Of a stretch of DNA of 64,000 nt, positions 25,001 to 34,895 are shown piece after piece. Every line of letters starts with the position of its first letter. Position 1 is the stretch's first letter. This DNA comes from Octopus bimaculoides (lineage: Eukaryota), in assembly GCF_001194135.2 (NCBI RefSeq), contig NC_068986.1, positions 109,583,052-109,647,051 on the forward strand. The letters are read 5' to 3'. The position numbers and the translations under genes are program-made. The notes under the pieces were generated by a model that ran no database searches, was not told the DNA's origin, and saw only the letters and a list, made by a program, of their open reading frames with translations.

Positions 25001-27258
25001 AATCTGATTTGGCAGAGTTTCTACAGCTGGATGCCCTTCCTAACGCCAACCACTCCGAGAGTGTATTGGGTGCTTTTACGTGCCACTGGCACGAAAGCTA
25101 GTCAGGCAGTACTGGCAACGATCTCACTTGACTGTCTTTTCACGTGCCACTGGCACAAAGGCCAGTCAGGTGGTACTAGCAACGGCCATGCTCGAAATGG
25201 TGTATTTTATGTGCCACCTGCACAGGAGCCAGTATGGTGATACTAAAGTGGCATCCTGGGAAGAAAAGAGCAGCAGGGTGCCTTAAAACCACATGGCGAA
25301 GGACGAAGGACCATTGACAAAGAAAAGAAATAAGAGTGGAGAAGCTGGAATGAGACCAGAACAGTGGAAGAAGACAGAGCTGGTTGAAAAGATCATGTTG
25401 CAGCCTTATGTGCCTCGTGGCACAGAGAGAACTGTGTTGTAACTTAGATAAGACTAGTTCATGCCAAGGATCAGTATTTCTTGAATTTTTTTATGGTTGT
25501 TCATAGGAAACTGAGAGATCTTTATGACAGTATGAATAGTTATATATGTTGGGGAATGCAAGGATTCATTCTGGCTGCAGGTTTTTATGGAGATGTTTGT
25601 AATTTTTTTTCTGTTCTGGGGCTTTTAAAGTTTTACATTTCCATATTGCTTTTTATTGAGCCAATGAAAAGAAGAGGTTAAAACTGTGTTTAGGTGGAAA
25701 ATGCAGAATTGTTTTCCTATTCTTGTTTTATTTGTGTTTTATTTATTTATTTTGGTGGCTGATTTTTCAAGAAATATTTGTTTGATGTTGAGGTTGTAGT
25801 TGTTGAGACCAATTATTGTTGTTACTGCTGTTGTTCTTTTGTTTTCTTTTGTTATTCATCTTCCATACAAATGTTTGCTACTTACATATTCTTCTGTCCT
25901 TTATTTTTATTCTCTTTTGTAGTTTCCTTGTTCCACTGGTGGACTTTGAGTTTTATTATTTCAGTTGCGTGTGGCTTCAGTGGATTGTGTTTGAGGTTGT
26001 CACTGGTTTTCATAAGCTTCTCTATTTCTGGAGTGTCATTGTATTATTTCATGTTACCCTTGCAGAAGATGTCTACTAGATGTGTCTATAATTATTCCAG
26101 TGACTCTACGAGCTGCCACGTCTACCCTGCTAATGATTGATGTGCTGTCCACCCTCAAGCGCCTAGAGTCTTTTTCCCTGATGTAACTTATTCCGTTCAG
26201 TTTCCTTGAAGTTTGTAAAAGCGGTTTTGGCTTTCTTCATTGCTGTGTGAATGTATGGGGAAGGTAATTAGCAGTCCAAGGAAAGTATCGGGGTGGTGGG
26301 GTGGGGATTGTTTGCCAGGAAGTTGTGTGGTAGTTGCTGGGTATGTGGGGTAGAATGTAATACCCAAGGAAGACCTTTGTGCTTGTATGGTGGCAAAAGT
26401 GTGTGTGTGTGTGTGTGTTTATTTATACTATTGTGCTTCAAATCAATGATTCATATTTTGAAAGCCAGTTATTTCCTGATGTCTCTATAATGAATGCATG
26501 TTTGTTTATACAGGAAATATTTGCTCCGTGGAATTCATCACATGACTTATTCTTATCATCATCATCATCATTTAATGTCGATTTTCCATGCTGGTATGGG
26601 TTGGACAGTTTGAAAGAAGCTGGGAAGCTGGAGGGCAACACCAGGTTCCCGTTGTCTGTTTTGGCAAGGTCTTACTAGCTGGATACCCTTTCTAATGTCA
26701 ACCACTTTATAGTGGTTGGTGTCAGTTAGTTTCTTATGTTGGTACAGCACCACCATTTTTGAAGATGCTATGACAATCAACCCTTGACTTCTTCTTGCCT
26801 AAACAAACAGAATCGGAATTCAGAATCTAAAAGAATGCAACTAAATCCTATTATGTTTTGTAGCTTTTTGTTACATGGTATTCCACAAATACTCCCATTC
26901 ACCACGCCAGGTGCTCCACAGATGTCAGCAACAAACACATCTGGAGTTCTGCAGATACTGTCATTCACTACATCTGGCACTCTACAACAGTTGTTAATCA
27001 ACACACCTGGCACTCTACAGAGGCTGCTAATCAGTGTATCAGTTGCTCTACAAATGCTGCCGTTTGCTATATTTTTTAATATTGTTAAATTCATACTTCT
27101 ATATCTGAGAGATGAGGAATTATGTACATTATTTACTTTTGACGGATATTTGTCCTCATCTTGTTTGTTGCTAACACAACGTTTCGGCTGATATACTCTC
27201 CACTCTTCTTCAGATGTCCTGGGGAAATTTCGAACCTGGGTTCTCATTCCTTTTTCGA

Positions 27259-27302
<44 letters not shown>

Positions 27303-30300
27303 TCACTGCCTGGAAAAGAAGCAGTACATATGCTAGGACATAATAACTTCCTAAGCAGACCTAATGCAGATATGAGTAGCATATGGGAACCGGTATTAAG
27401 GAAGGATAGGAAAATATTAGATTTATAAGCCCTAAAATTCACTCCAAAATTGCCCATGGGCATATGGCATAGTGGTTAAGAGTGTGAACTACTAACTGAG
27501 TATGATTCCAGACAGTGACCTGAATAATAATAATAACATCAAAAAATACCTTAGGAATGAGAACGCAGGTTCAAAATTTCCCCAGGACACCTGAAGAAGG
27601 CTGGAGAGTATATAAACCAAAAGAAGATGAGGACAATATCCGTCAAATGTAAATAATGTTAAATTCATATTTACAAAACTTCCTACCCATAACAATAAGG
27701 GAAAATAAAGTATTTCCTCTGACAAATACAGTTATCAGATTTCCCTTCTTAAATGCTATTAAGTGTTAAAGGGATCCGATCTTTCTTTAACCTAAAAATG
27801 ACAAGACTGAAAATTGAGCTGGTTTCATTGGAATTTGGTTGTTAATTTTCCTGGCATGTTTGTCAGAGAGTCAGACTATTTAATGAATAATAAGGTATTT
27901 GTAGCAACGATAGCAGTGACAAGAGAAATAGTAATAACAGCAGAGGCAGTGAAGTAATCAGCTTTCTGTTAGAGTATGTTGTTCTGTTTGGAAACAAATG
28001 ATTCACTGTTAAGTAAAATCAGAATTCTTGAGAGATGCCACTGTCAGTTAAGGATCAATCAATTAGAAGAAGAAAACAGCTTCCCCGAAGAAGCATTCCT
28101 TGTGTTCTGAAAACAGTTCCTTACTGTTGGCCATTAGAATGGTGTCTCTATCAGAATATTTTTCAAGTCTGTAATTTTTTAATGAAGACACGAGTATGGA
28201 AGGAAAGCACTGATAATTTGGATACAAAAAATTTATTTACTTGTAAACTTTAACCATTGATTTTACAAACTAAATATGAGCACAATCATACAGCCATGTG
28301 GTGAAGATATAGTGTAACCATGGAGTTCAGGGTTCAATCATACCACATGGCATCTTATTAAAGCTTATATAGCATAGAATTGGGTTTACCAATGCTTTGT
28401 GAAGGGAATTTGGTAAACAAATGTTGTAGAAAGAGATGGCCGATAAATCAGTGCCTCCACAGTAGATATGCAGAAATATGCTAATTCTGTAGAACTTGGC
28501 ATAAAACACAGACAAATGAGTGAATGGATGAGTGTTGAGTGATATATTGACTGGCTAGAGGGAAGGGAGCCCCACTCAAGCCATTATGCCCAACCTTTGC
28601 TCCCCGGAACATGGATGTTCTTTTCAATTCCTTCCCTTGCTTGGCCTACAGCAAATCAAAAGGACCTTAATGAACAATCTTAACCCTTTGGCATTTAAAC
28701 CAGCCATGTCTGGCCTGAATAGTTTACTTTCTAACTAGCCAGATTCAGCCTCTCACACCTACTCTACAATGTCATTCTAAAAAATAAACAATCATGTCAT
28801 TGAAATCTCAAAGCTACAAGATAATGCAGGATTAATTCAAAACAATGTGAATAAATAAGGATTACATTTGACAGAGAAATCTGAATGTTAAAGGATTAAT
28901 GCCCCCAGAAGGCTTTGAAAACAATAGTCACAGCCCCTTCTTCGAATCCACTTAATTCAATAAATATAAAAACAGAGAGGGGTCTCTGCTGAGTTGAAAA
29001 GAAATGGAGGATGGCTGTACCAACCAAATAATGAAGGTGTGTACAGTTAATGGAGTAAAGCAAGAGTTAAATGAGAAGAGATTGCTGGTAGCTTCTGATT
29101 TGTTTACCTGATGTTGCAGTGGCTGATATTATTCATGTATTAAGTTTGTTGAAACACTAAACAGGGTAGGGTTACAGGAGAGAGTGGAGTCAGGTAAATT
29201 TGCAGCGAAATTGTTGAGGCTGAGAAGATATTATTACAACATTGCTAATGTTACATAATGCCCTGTTATCCACTCTTCTACTTGTAAAACTAAATAAATA
29301 TTGAATATTTATGACAGATAATAAAGGCAGAATGACTAACAAAATATTACTAATCCCAAAGAATTTTATTATTTTATGGCTTAGCGGAAAGAGCAGACAC
29401 AACTTTTATGCAGAGTTTTGGAGATTGGTGAAAAGAGAGAAGAAGGCACCTAAGGCTTGTGGGTTATAAAAAGAAACGAAGTATTAAGTCACCCAGTTAT
29501 TCTCAATCCAGAGACATGGCCCAAGTCCAAATCTTTGCAATAGAATAGATTCCATTAAAAAAAATCCCAAAGCCTTGTTGGTAGCTTTAAACTGAGTGAG
29601 GGATTTGTTTTAACACACACAAAATACCACAGGGTATCTGTTTCAGTAGTAATTAATTAAGCTGGGCCCTAATTGCAGGGAGTTGAAGAAATAATTAACA
29701 ATAACAATATTAAAACAAATACAAAGATATTTCTTTCTTAGTAACATCTTTTTTTTCAAAGACAAACAAACACACAGTATTATTCTTTTCTACTCTAGGC
29801 ACAAGGCCTGAAATTTGGGGGGAGGGGTCCAGTTGATTAGATTGATCTCAGTATGCAACTGGTACTTAATTTATTGACCCTGAAAGGATGAAAAGCAAAG
29901 TCGATCTCAGTGGAATTTGAACTCAGAACATAAAGACAGACAACATACCACTAAGCATTTTACCCGGCGTGCTAACGTTTCTGCCAGCTCACTGCCAGAT
30001 ACATAGTATTATTGATTAGCCAATGAGGGAGCAGTATTAAGTAATGAGAAAGTGCTATTAGCAAATGAGAGAGTGTTACTAGCCAATGCAGAAATCCCTC
30101 CATGGTTGCACGACTTGCTTGAAACAGCAGCAAAATCAAATTATACTCTACTGTCTACAAAAAAATGAAGGACACAAACTGCAATCCTAAATATATAAAA
30201 AGATGAGAAGGACTGTTATAGTTGGAATGCCCTTCATAAACATGTTCAATCAAGGCTGACCTGTGGTTAGCAACAATAACGACTGATATTAATATCACAC

Positions 30301-33300
30301 TGAATGTTGTTTTACCGACCACAAAAGCTTTTACCTTGTTCAGGTAAAACTGATGCTTAGAAGTTTGGATCTTCTGAAGGATTAAAGGCATTGTTCAGCC
30401 CTGAAGGATGAAAGTAAAGGCCAACCTTGGTGGAATTTGAACTCAGAACATAGAAGAAAGTAACAATTTATTGCAAGGTTGTTTATCTGTTGCTCCACCA
30501 ATTCTGCTGTCATTTCAACTGAAATGGTTTCTTTTTTTAGGTATTATGACAATATTTTAAAAGAGAAAGGTTTAAATTATATTCTACAGAATTAGCTGTG
30601 GTGTGCAACAAGTATTTATATTTGGTGGTTAAGGAACAAAAAAGCTCCTACTACAAGCTGTAAAAGTGGTTGACATTAGGAAGGGCATCCAGCCATAATT
30701 GCCATGTCAAAGTAACCATGGAGCTCGATATATAGTCCTCAAATCCACTGAATCCTGTGAAACTGCCCGATTCATGCCAGCATGGAACATGGATGTTAAA
30801 AGATGATGATGATGATAAGGAAGAGGAGTTATTTATCTCAGTCTGTAATTTATTCCTTAGACAAGTATCTCTGGTTTCATCATTATTGAATCTTAAAATA
30901 TCAATGGCAGGTCCTCTGTAAAAGCATGAAACACCTGGGAAGTGTAATAATACTAATGGCAGTTGACACTATAACCTAATCTAAATCATATGACAGGGTA
31001 GGCTGTGGCAGTAAGAGGAATAGAAGGAAGGACATTCTAGTCTGGCAATAAGGAATATAAGAAAGGACGGCATTCTGTAAAGAAAAAAAAGCTGTCTTGG
31101 AATGTGTGGCATCAGAATGTTGACATCTGTTCAACATGTGTTCATTGGTAACTAAAATAAACAACGGCAGTGTTCCTGGGGATGCTTGGGGAAAACAATT
31201 TGGAATAATGAAGAAAGAATGTAACCAGAAGTTGGTAAGGTGCTCCAAGTTTTATGCCTGGGATGGTGGTGGTGGTGGTGGGGGAGTTTTCATCAGAAGC
31301 GAAATCTAAAAGTGAGAATTGATGTTTTCTTTCTTAGCAGGAAGAGAAGATTCAGAGATTTTAGTTACATTCTGTTTTTAAACAGCTTCCAGACAAGTGT
31401 AAGGGAAATAGTGTGAGATATTCAGTTTTTTTTATCAAAACCAATATTTAGTTAGGGAAAAAATAAATGAGAAGATAATATTCCGAAAACTTAGAGGAGA
31501 AACTATTTGGTTAAGTCTCAGATGAAAATATCTTTTGAAGCTATTAATATGGTGTTTTTCAACAAGAGAACAAAACTAGTAAGTTGGTACCATGATGATA
31601 CTATAGTGGTGGTGGTGGTGGTGGTTGTTTTTGTGTAGGTACCAACTGGCAACTAGTCAGTTCTATCAGGTAAGGTCAATCAGTAAAATGCCACAGGTCA
31701 AGGACTCGATATATGAAATCAGATACAAGATGGCTATCAACACTGGCTGACATTGTTCTGTCTATGACTACTGTTGTTCCCATTTTATAACTGATACAGT
31801 GATACAGTGTCAATTGACTGCTGTTTTTAGCTGAGTCTGGCAAATACACAGAAGTTCTTTTCCTCACTTGCTCAAGTGATTCTGAATGTAACCCTCTACT
31901 GACAAAGCATGCAACTTTTATTGGTGATAATCTTTAATTATTTCTGTGAGGAAATAACAGATGAAGATTATAAAGTAAGACAAGTAAAAACACAAATAAA
32001 GCAATGGGTGACCTTTAGGGACTGCTCCTTAACCTCGGTTTAACCCCTTTGTTGCCACATTTCTGTTTCACTTAATTTTGAAATTAATGAAAAATTTCTC
32101 AAAATAACTTTGTCGGTAGTTATAGGCATAGGAGTGGCTGTGTGGTAAGTAGCTTGCTTACAAACCACATGATTCTGGGTTCAGTCTCACTGCGTGGCAC
32201 CTTGGGCAAGTGTCTTCTCCTATAGCATCATTCTAATAACACTCCATATTTGAGTTAAGTCCCCAGGCTTTTAGAAATTATCACAACAAAATTCAGTAGA
32301 GTAACAATTGCTTATTATAAGGAGATCTTGATATATTTTACTTTTATCAAATATTCTTTTCTACTCTAGGCACAAGGCCTGAAATTTTGGATGAGGGGAT
32401 CAGTCAATTAGGTCGACCCCAGTATGCAACTGGTACTTAATTTATCGACCCCGAAAGAATGAAAGGCAAAGTCGACCTCGATGGAATTTGAAATCAGAAC
32501 GTAGCAGCAGACGAAATACCACTAAGCATTTTGCCCGGTGTGCTAACGATTCTGCCAGCTCACTACCTTACTTTTATCAAATATTACGATTATCATAGAC
32601 AATCCTGGTGAACTTTTACATGAAATTTGTCTGGGATCTTCAAGTAAATATATTCCATATAATAGATGTTTGAAATACTCGTATACGAGGGTGAGTCAAA
32701 AAGTAATGCCATTTTGTTTAGGACAGGTATAATTACCAACACAGGAACATGTATCATACATCAAAATGAAGCTGGTCCTCTGTGGATCACATCCCTACTT
32801 CTCAACATAGTCACCGTTTCTCTGAATAGCAATGTTCCACCTTTGAATGAGAGCATGTATCTCTGCCCCATAAAATTCTGTTGACTGTTCTTTGAGCCAC
32901 TTCTTCACTACCTCCACACTCGCCAGGTTTAGCGCCTTCAGACTATCATCTCTTCGGCACCACGAAAGAGGGTTTGAGGGGCAAGCCTTATTCCAGTGAC
33001 AAGGAAGTGAAAACTGTAGTGAAGAATTGGCTCAAAGAACAGTCAACAGAATTTTATGGGGCAGGGATACATGCTCTCATTCAAAGGTGGAACATTGCTA
33101 TTCAGAGAAACGGTGACTATGTTGAGAAGTAGGGATGTNNNNNNNNNNATTGCTATTCAGAGAAACGGTGACTATGTTGAGAAGTAGGGATGTGATCCAC
33201 AGAGGACCAGCTTCATTTTGATGTATGATACATGTTCCTGTGTTGGTAATTATACCTGTCCTAAACAAAATGACATTACTTTTTGACTCACCCTCGTATC

Positions 33301-34494
33301 ATTCTTCAGGACAATTTGAAACGAGCTCTGCAAGGTGATGGACTCAATATCAGAAGGATAATATGTAAAATTGATGCCACCAAAACCTGAACTTGGGAAT
33401 GTTATTCTTCAGTTTTGGATCCTGTAAAATATAGTTTGACAATGTTTGTACCATTTTCTAAAGTCTCAAAGTGGTAAAGATTTAATACAAAATACAAGGA
33501 ATTCTTAAAACACTTACCTCTTTGATTTCCTTTAGGCTTTTTACATAAGTCCGTTCTGTTTCCACAATTTCGGAAACCACTCTTTCAGTGTAAGAAACAT
33601 AATGAGACAGAGAAGTGGAATGGATATCGGTTACCTCTTCCCCATCCTCATCAGGAAGAGATTGTTTACATTCATTGTCTGTCAGTTCATGGAGTGTAGG
33701 TACTGGAGAACAACTTTTCTCTCTCTCATTTGACTGATATTTCAGCCTGTTGTCATCTTGTGCATGACTTGGGGATGAATAACTACTCGATGTCATAGAA
33801 TCCTCTTCCTCTTCAATACCTTCATGCTGGTCAATGGTCAACTTCTGACAATTTGCTGATTGGTCAGAAGCTGACGTCCGATCTTCTTCAAACCCTCTTA
33901 CTGCCCCATCGAAAGATGAAGTAACTGAAACAGTGTCTATAAAGTCCTCGGAACTAACCACCGACTCCATGTCAGTGTTATCCACGACAATCGTGGGACC
34001 GGAAACAATATTCTGGTTGTTTCCGTTGACGACAATTTCCGTGTCGGTCATGTTTAAGCGTTTGTATCGACTGTGTCGTGGGAGAGATGACGATGAGGCT
34101 GAAGACATTGAGCTGATACTTAAAGGCCTTTTCCGACTGTCCAAGGCAGCATTGTCAAGTGTGGCACCGGCACACAGGTTGGTTGTGTGGTGAGAAGCTG
34201 CTGCATCCGTTTGGTCGAAATCAGTTTTGTCATTCTGCTGCTCGTCAACAGCAGCTGCAGCAGCAAGAGAAGACGTTGACGGCGGCGGTGGCGGCGGCGA
34301 AGATGATGAAGAAGAAAGTAATGATGGACTGGTCTGTTGGTCACTTTGGTACATTGCAGGTTCTGGGCAAATAGATTCTGGGTCGCCTTTGTCAGTGCAA
34401 CAGGTTTCTGTTTGCTGTTGTACATCGTCTTCATTGACATTTAAAAACTTGTCGTAGATGGACAACAAAGCCCGTGTCAAATCAACGGAAGAAC
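6691..34494 (-). CDS. PLEKHG1: Multi-exon DH-PH Rho guanine nucleotide exchange factor, PLEKHG1/2/3-like. Span of identified coding exons; gene is incomplete at both ends.
   Basis: Eight exons splice in frame to ...[23 protein letters not shown]|GYLEY...[13 protein letters not shown]|EFLEELE...[10 protein letters not shown]|AVETL...[22 protein letters not shown]|NILKH...[19 protein letters not shown]...LGDLVLE|GSFR...[13 protein letters not shown]...|[17 protein letters not shown]...HTLQ|[20 protein letters not shown]. [21 protein letters not shown] and [13 protein letters not shown] are signatures of the PLEKHG1/2/3 subfamily. The symbol means 'family co-ortholog'. Confidence 0.93.
7109..7204 (-). 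CDS. PLEKHG1: RhoGEF PH exon, 96 nt ([32 protein letters not shown]); absent from the ORF track
   Basis: Acceptor tctcttttgactag|TGT; donor CAG|gtaagt; 32 whole codons. Confidence 0.95.
7415..7624 (-). mobile_element. tRNA-derived SINE, 'family B', with Nin/Deu-like core
   Basis: Reverse strand carries gtcgactttgcctttcattctttcggggtcgataaattaaataccag. Other copies near 21430-21615, 22190-22628 (two), 29783-29997, 35030-35190, 46295-46480, 51508-51815, 62228-62440. Domain name is from recall. Confidence 0.8.
9425..9541 (-). CDS. PLEKHG1: RhoGEF PH exon, 117 nt ([39 protein letters not shown])
   Basis: Acceptor cttgtttttcacag|GGA; donor GAG|gtaagt; phase 0 to 0. The ORF track shows a different frame here. 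Confidence 0.95.
9640..9832 (-). mobile_element. Helentron/DINE-1-like non-autonomous element (HINE-type)
   Basis: Reverse strand begins ttattACCTCCacc-ttagcgaaa-gcGGAGGTattgttttc, then gtttgcttgtttgtcc repeats and 'gatatctcaagaaccactggatggattcaaatgaaactt'. This matches the usual HINE layout as I recall it. Confidence 0.6.
10652..10852 (-). CDS. PLEKHG1: RhoGEF DH/PH junction exon, 201 nt (NILKHYD...[19 protein letters not shown]...GDLVLE)
   Basis: Acceptor tattttcag|AAC; donor GAG|gttagt; 67 whole codons. Confidence 0.96.
11292..11442 (-). CDS. PLEKHG1: RhoGEF DH exon, 151 nt (AVETLTNCM...[22 protein letters not shown])
   Basis: Acceptor atttcaacag|T; donor CAG|gtaaat; phase 2 to 0; DH conserved region 3. 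Confidence 0.96.
11656..11803 (-). mobile_element. Family D SINE with a ~200-bp internal deletion
   Basis: Alignment to 745-1125 jumps from 'gtacccttaac' directly to 'tgccctaaccactgggcc'. Confidence 0.8.
11965..12081 (-). CDS. PLEKHG1: RhoGEF DH exon, 117 nt ([38 protein letters not shown])
   Basis: Acceptor tgttttcag|A; donor TG|gtaagt; phase 2 to 2. Confidence 0.95.
13338..14118 (+). mobile_element. Degenerate mariner element: transposase N-terminus, followed by an inverted copy of its own 5' region
   Basis: TA + tgaggtctgattaataagt terminus. Fragments VYEWFRHF...SGRPATS and [19 protein letters not shown] (WVP-type motif). The reverse strand of 13954-14118 reads [28 protein letters not shown]. 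Confidence 0.85.
16740..17020 (+). mobile_element. Degenerate tRNA-derived SINE just downstream (transcript sense) of the 95-nt exon
   Basis: catggcctatggttaggg...gtggtttcaattcttagaccagg...gtgttcttgggtaaaacacttcat head. Confidence 0.55.
17082..17176 (-). CDS. PLEKHG1: RhoGEF DH exon, 95 nt ([32 protein letters not shown]); absent from the ORF track
   Basis: Acceptor tctttgatttgcag|GGT; donor CA|gtaagt. Phase 0 to 2 exactly bridges the neighbouring exons; LFGNI motif present. Confidence 0.93.
17281..17645 (+). mobile_element. tRNA-derived SINE with V-domain-like core
   Basis: gtggaggcgcaatggcccagtagttagagc head; gcgatggactggcatcccatccag core; (taaa)n tail. Contains a 10-N gap with duplicated flanks. 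Confidence 0.8.
17650..17950 (+). mobile_element. LINE ORF2 C-terminus and 3' UTR remnant (CR1/L2-group-like)
   Basis: Reads ...[32 protein letters not shown]..., then a GGCC...GGCCGAAAC stem-loop and a ctaag-type tail. Confidence 0.6.
18544..18758. mobile_element. piggyBac-type MITE, degenerate
   Basis: Right end caaaagggTTAA; left end decayed (tgaactctttt). Confidence 0.5.
19190..19487 (-). mobile_element. tRNA-derived SINE with V-like core, inverted relative to 17281-17645
   Basis: Shares the tail ccgggcccatgagcctggctaggctttaaaagggcgcat in reverse orientation. Confidence 0.8.
19960..20353 (-). mobile_element. tRNA-derived CORE-type SINE, 'family A', with central (TA/CA)n
   Basis: Reverse strand ggcataggaatggctgtgtggtaagtagc...ggcaccttgggcaagtgtc...gcagtcaaatgactgaaac. 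Other copies at 20936-21312 (+), 32125-32225 (+), 36232-36665 (-), 41280-41700 (+), 51052-51445 (-), 60368-60657 (-). Confidence 0.85.
20936..21312 (+). mobile_element. Family A CORE-type SINE; head-to-head with the copy at 19960-20353
   Basis: ggcgcaggagtggctgtgtggtaagtagc head through gactgaaacaagcaaaagagt tail. Confidence 0.85.
24009..24518 (-). mobile_element. Internally deleted Tc1/mariner element, 510 bp, with TIRs and TA target duplication
   Basis: TA|CAGGGTGGGCCAAAAGTAGTG...CACTAATTTTGACCCCACCCTG|TA. Reverse strand encodes broken catalytic-core fragments [17 protein letters not shown] and VQDGAPPHF. Confidence 0.88.
24790..25435 (+). mobile_element. RTE-clade LINE ORF2 C-terminal remnant interrupted by a family C insertion (24899-25237)
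   Basis: [16 protein letters not shown] before the insertion; KTTWRRT and cagccttatgtgcctcgtggcacagagag after it. Confidence 0.7.
26877..27074. repeat. Six-unit degenerate 33-bp tandem repeat; open in one + frame and one - frame
   Basis: Units start at 26877, 26910, 26943, 26976, 27009 and 27042 with exact 33-nt spacing. Confidence 0.8.
27105..27315 (-). mobile_element. tRNA-headed SINE-like element (head truncated) whose tail carries a minimal hammerhead motif at 27173-27219
   Basis: Reverse complement of 27458-27668. Reverse strand reads GGACAT-CTGAAGA-A-GAGTG-gagagtatat-CAGCC-GAAACGT-T-GTGTT. Confidence 0.75.
27458..27668 (+). mobile_element. tRNA-headed SINE-like element; second, inverted copy with decayed hammerhead
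   Basis: gggcatatggcatagtggttaagag head, (aat)n, then GGACAC-CTGAAGA-A-GGCTG-gagagtatat-aaacc. A more intact head of the same family is at 48449-48530. Confidence 0.75.
28684..28895. mobile_element. piggyBac-type MITE
   Basis: TTAA|CCCTTTGGCATT...AATGTTAAAGGA|TTAA. Confidence 0.75.
32356..32568 (-). mobile_element. Family B SINE with a perfect 17-bp target-site duplication
   Basis: tacttttatcaaatatt at 32339-32355 and 32569-32585. Confidence 0.88.
32686..33296. mobile_element. Mariner-derived MITE with ~226-bp near-perfect inverted arms built from the transposon 3' end
   Basis: TA|CGAGGGTGAGTCAAAAAGTAATG...CATTACTTTTTGACTCACCCTCG|TA. The interior reads [10 protein letters not shown]...[18 protein letters not shown], the mariner C-terminus. 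Confidence 0.92.
33518..34494 (-). CDS. PLEKHG1: RhoGEF exon, 977 nt: low-complexity acidic/Ser-rich N-region plus start of the DH domain
   Basis: Acceptor ttctctaatttcag|GT (phase 1); donor GAG|gtaagt (phase 0). Open throughout; contains [15 protein letters not shown] and [15 protein letters not shown]. Confidence 0.93.
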
Positions 34495-34609
34495 CTGAAA
34501 TTAGAGAAAGCAAAGAAAAATAAAATAACAACCATTAAACATCATAGTAAAACTAATAAATAATAAATGAGTAAAAATCTGAGATAAGTTATTATTCACA
34601 TCATTGTTG

Positions 34610-34641
<32 letters not shown>

Positions 34642-34642
34642 G

Positions 34643-34682
<40 letters not shown>

Positions 34683-34895
34683 AGTGGTGAGCTGGCAGAA
34701 TCGTTAGCATGCCAGGTGTAATACTGAGCAATATTTCGTCTGCCACTATATTCTGAGCTCAAATTCTGCTGAAGTTAACTTTGCCTTTCATCCTTTCGGG
34801 GTTGATAAGCTAAATGCCAGTTATGCACTGGGGTCGATGTAATTGACTATCCCTCCCTCCTCACAAATTCCAGGCCTTGTGCCTATAGTAGAAAG
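34683..34895 (+). mobile_element. Family B SINE, full length, following a long (att)n
   Basis: agtggtgagctggcagaatcgttagc head; ...ccttgtgcctatagtagaaagga tail. Confidence 0.85.

Noticed and set aside
25740-26370. Compositionally skewed stretches that may be old LINE fragments (also 62930-63480)
   Set aside because: All frames are interrupted and I recognised no motif, so no family can be assigned.
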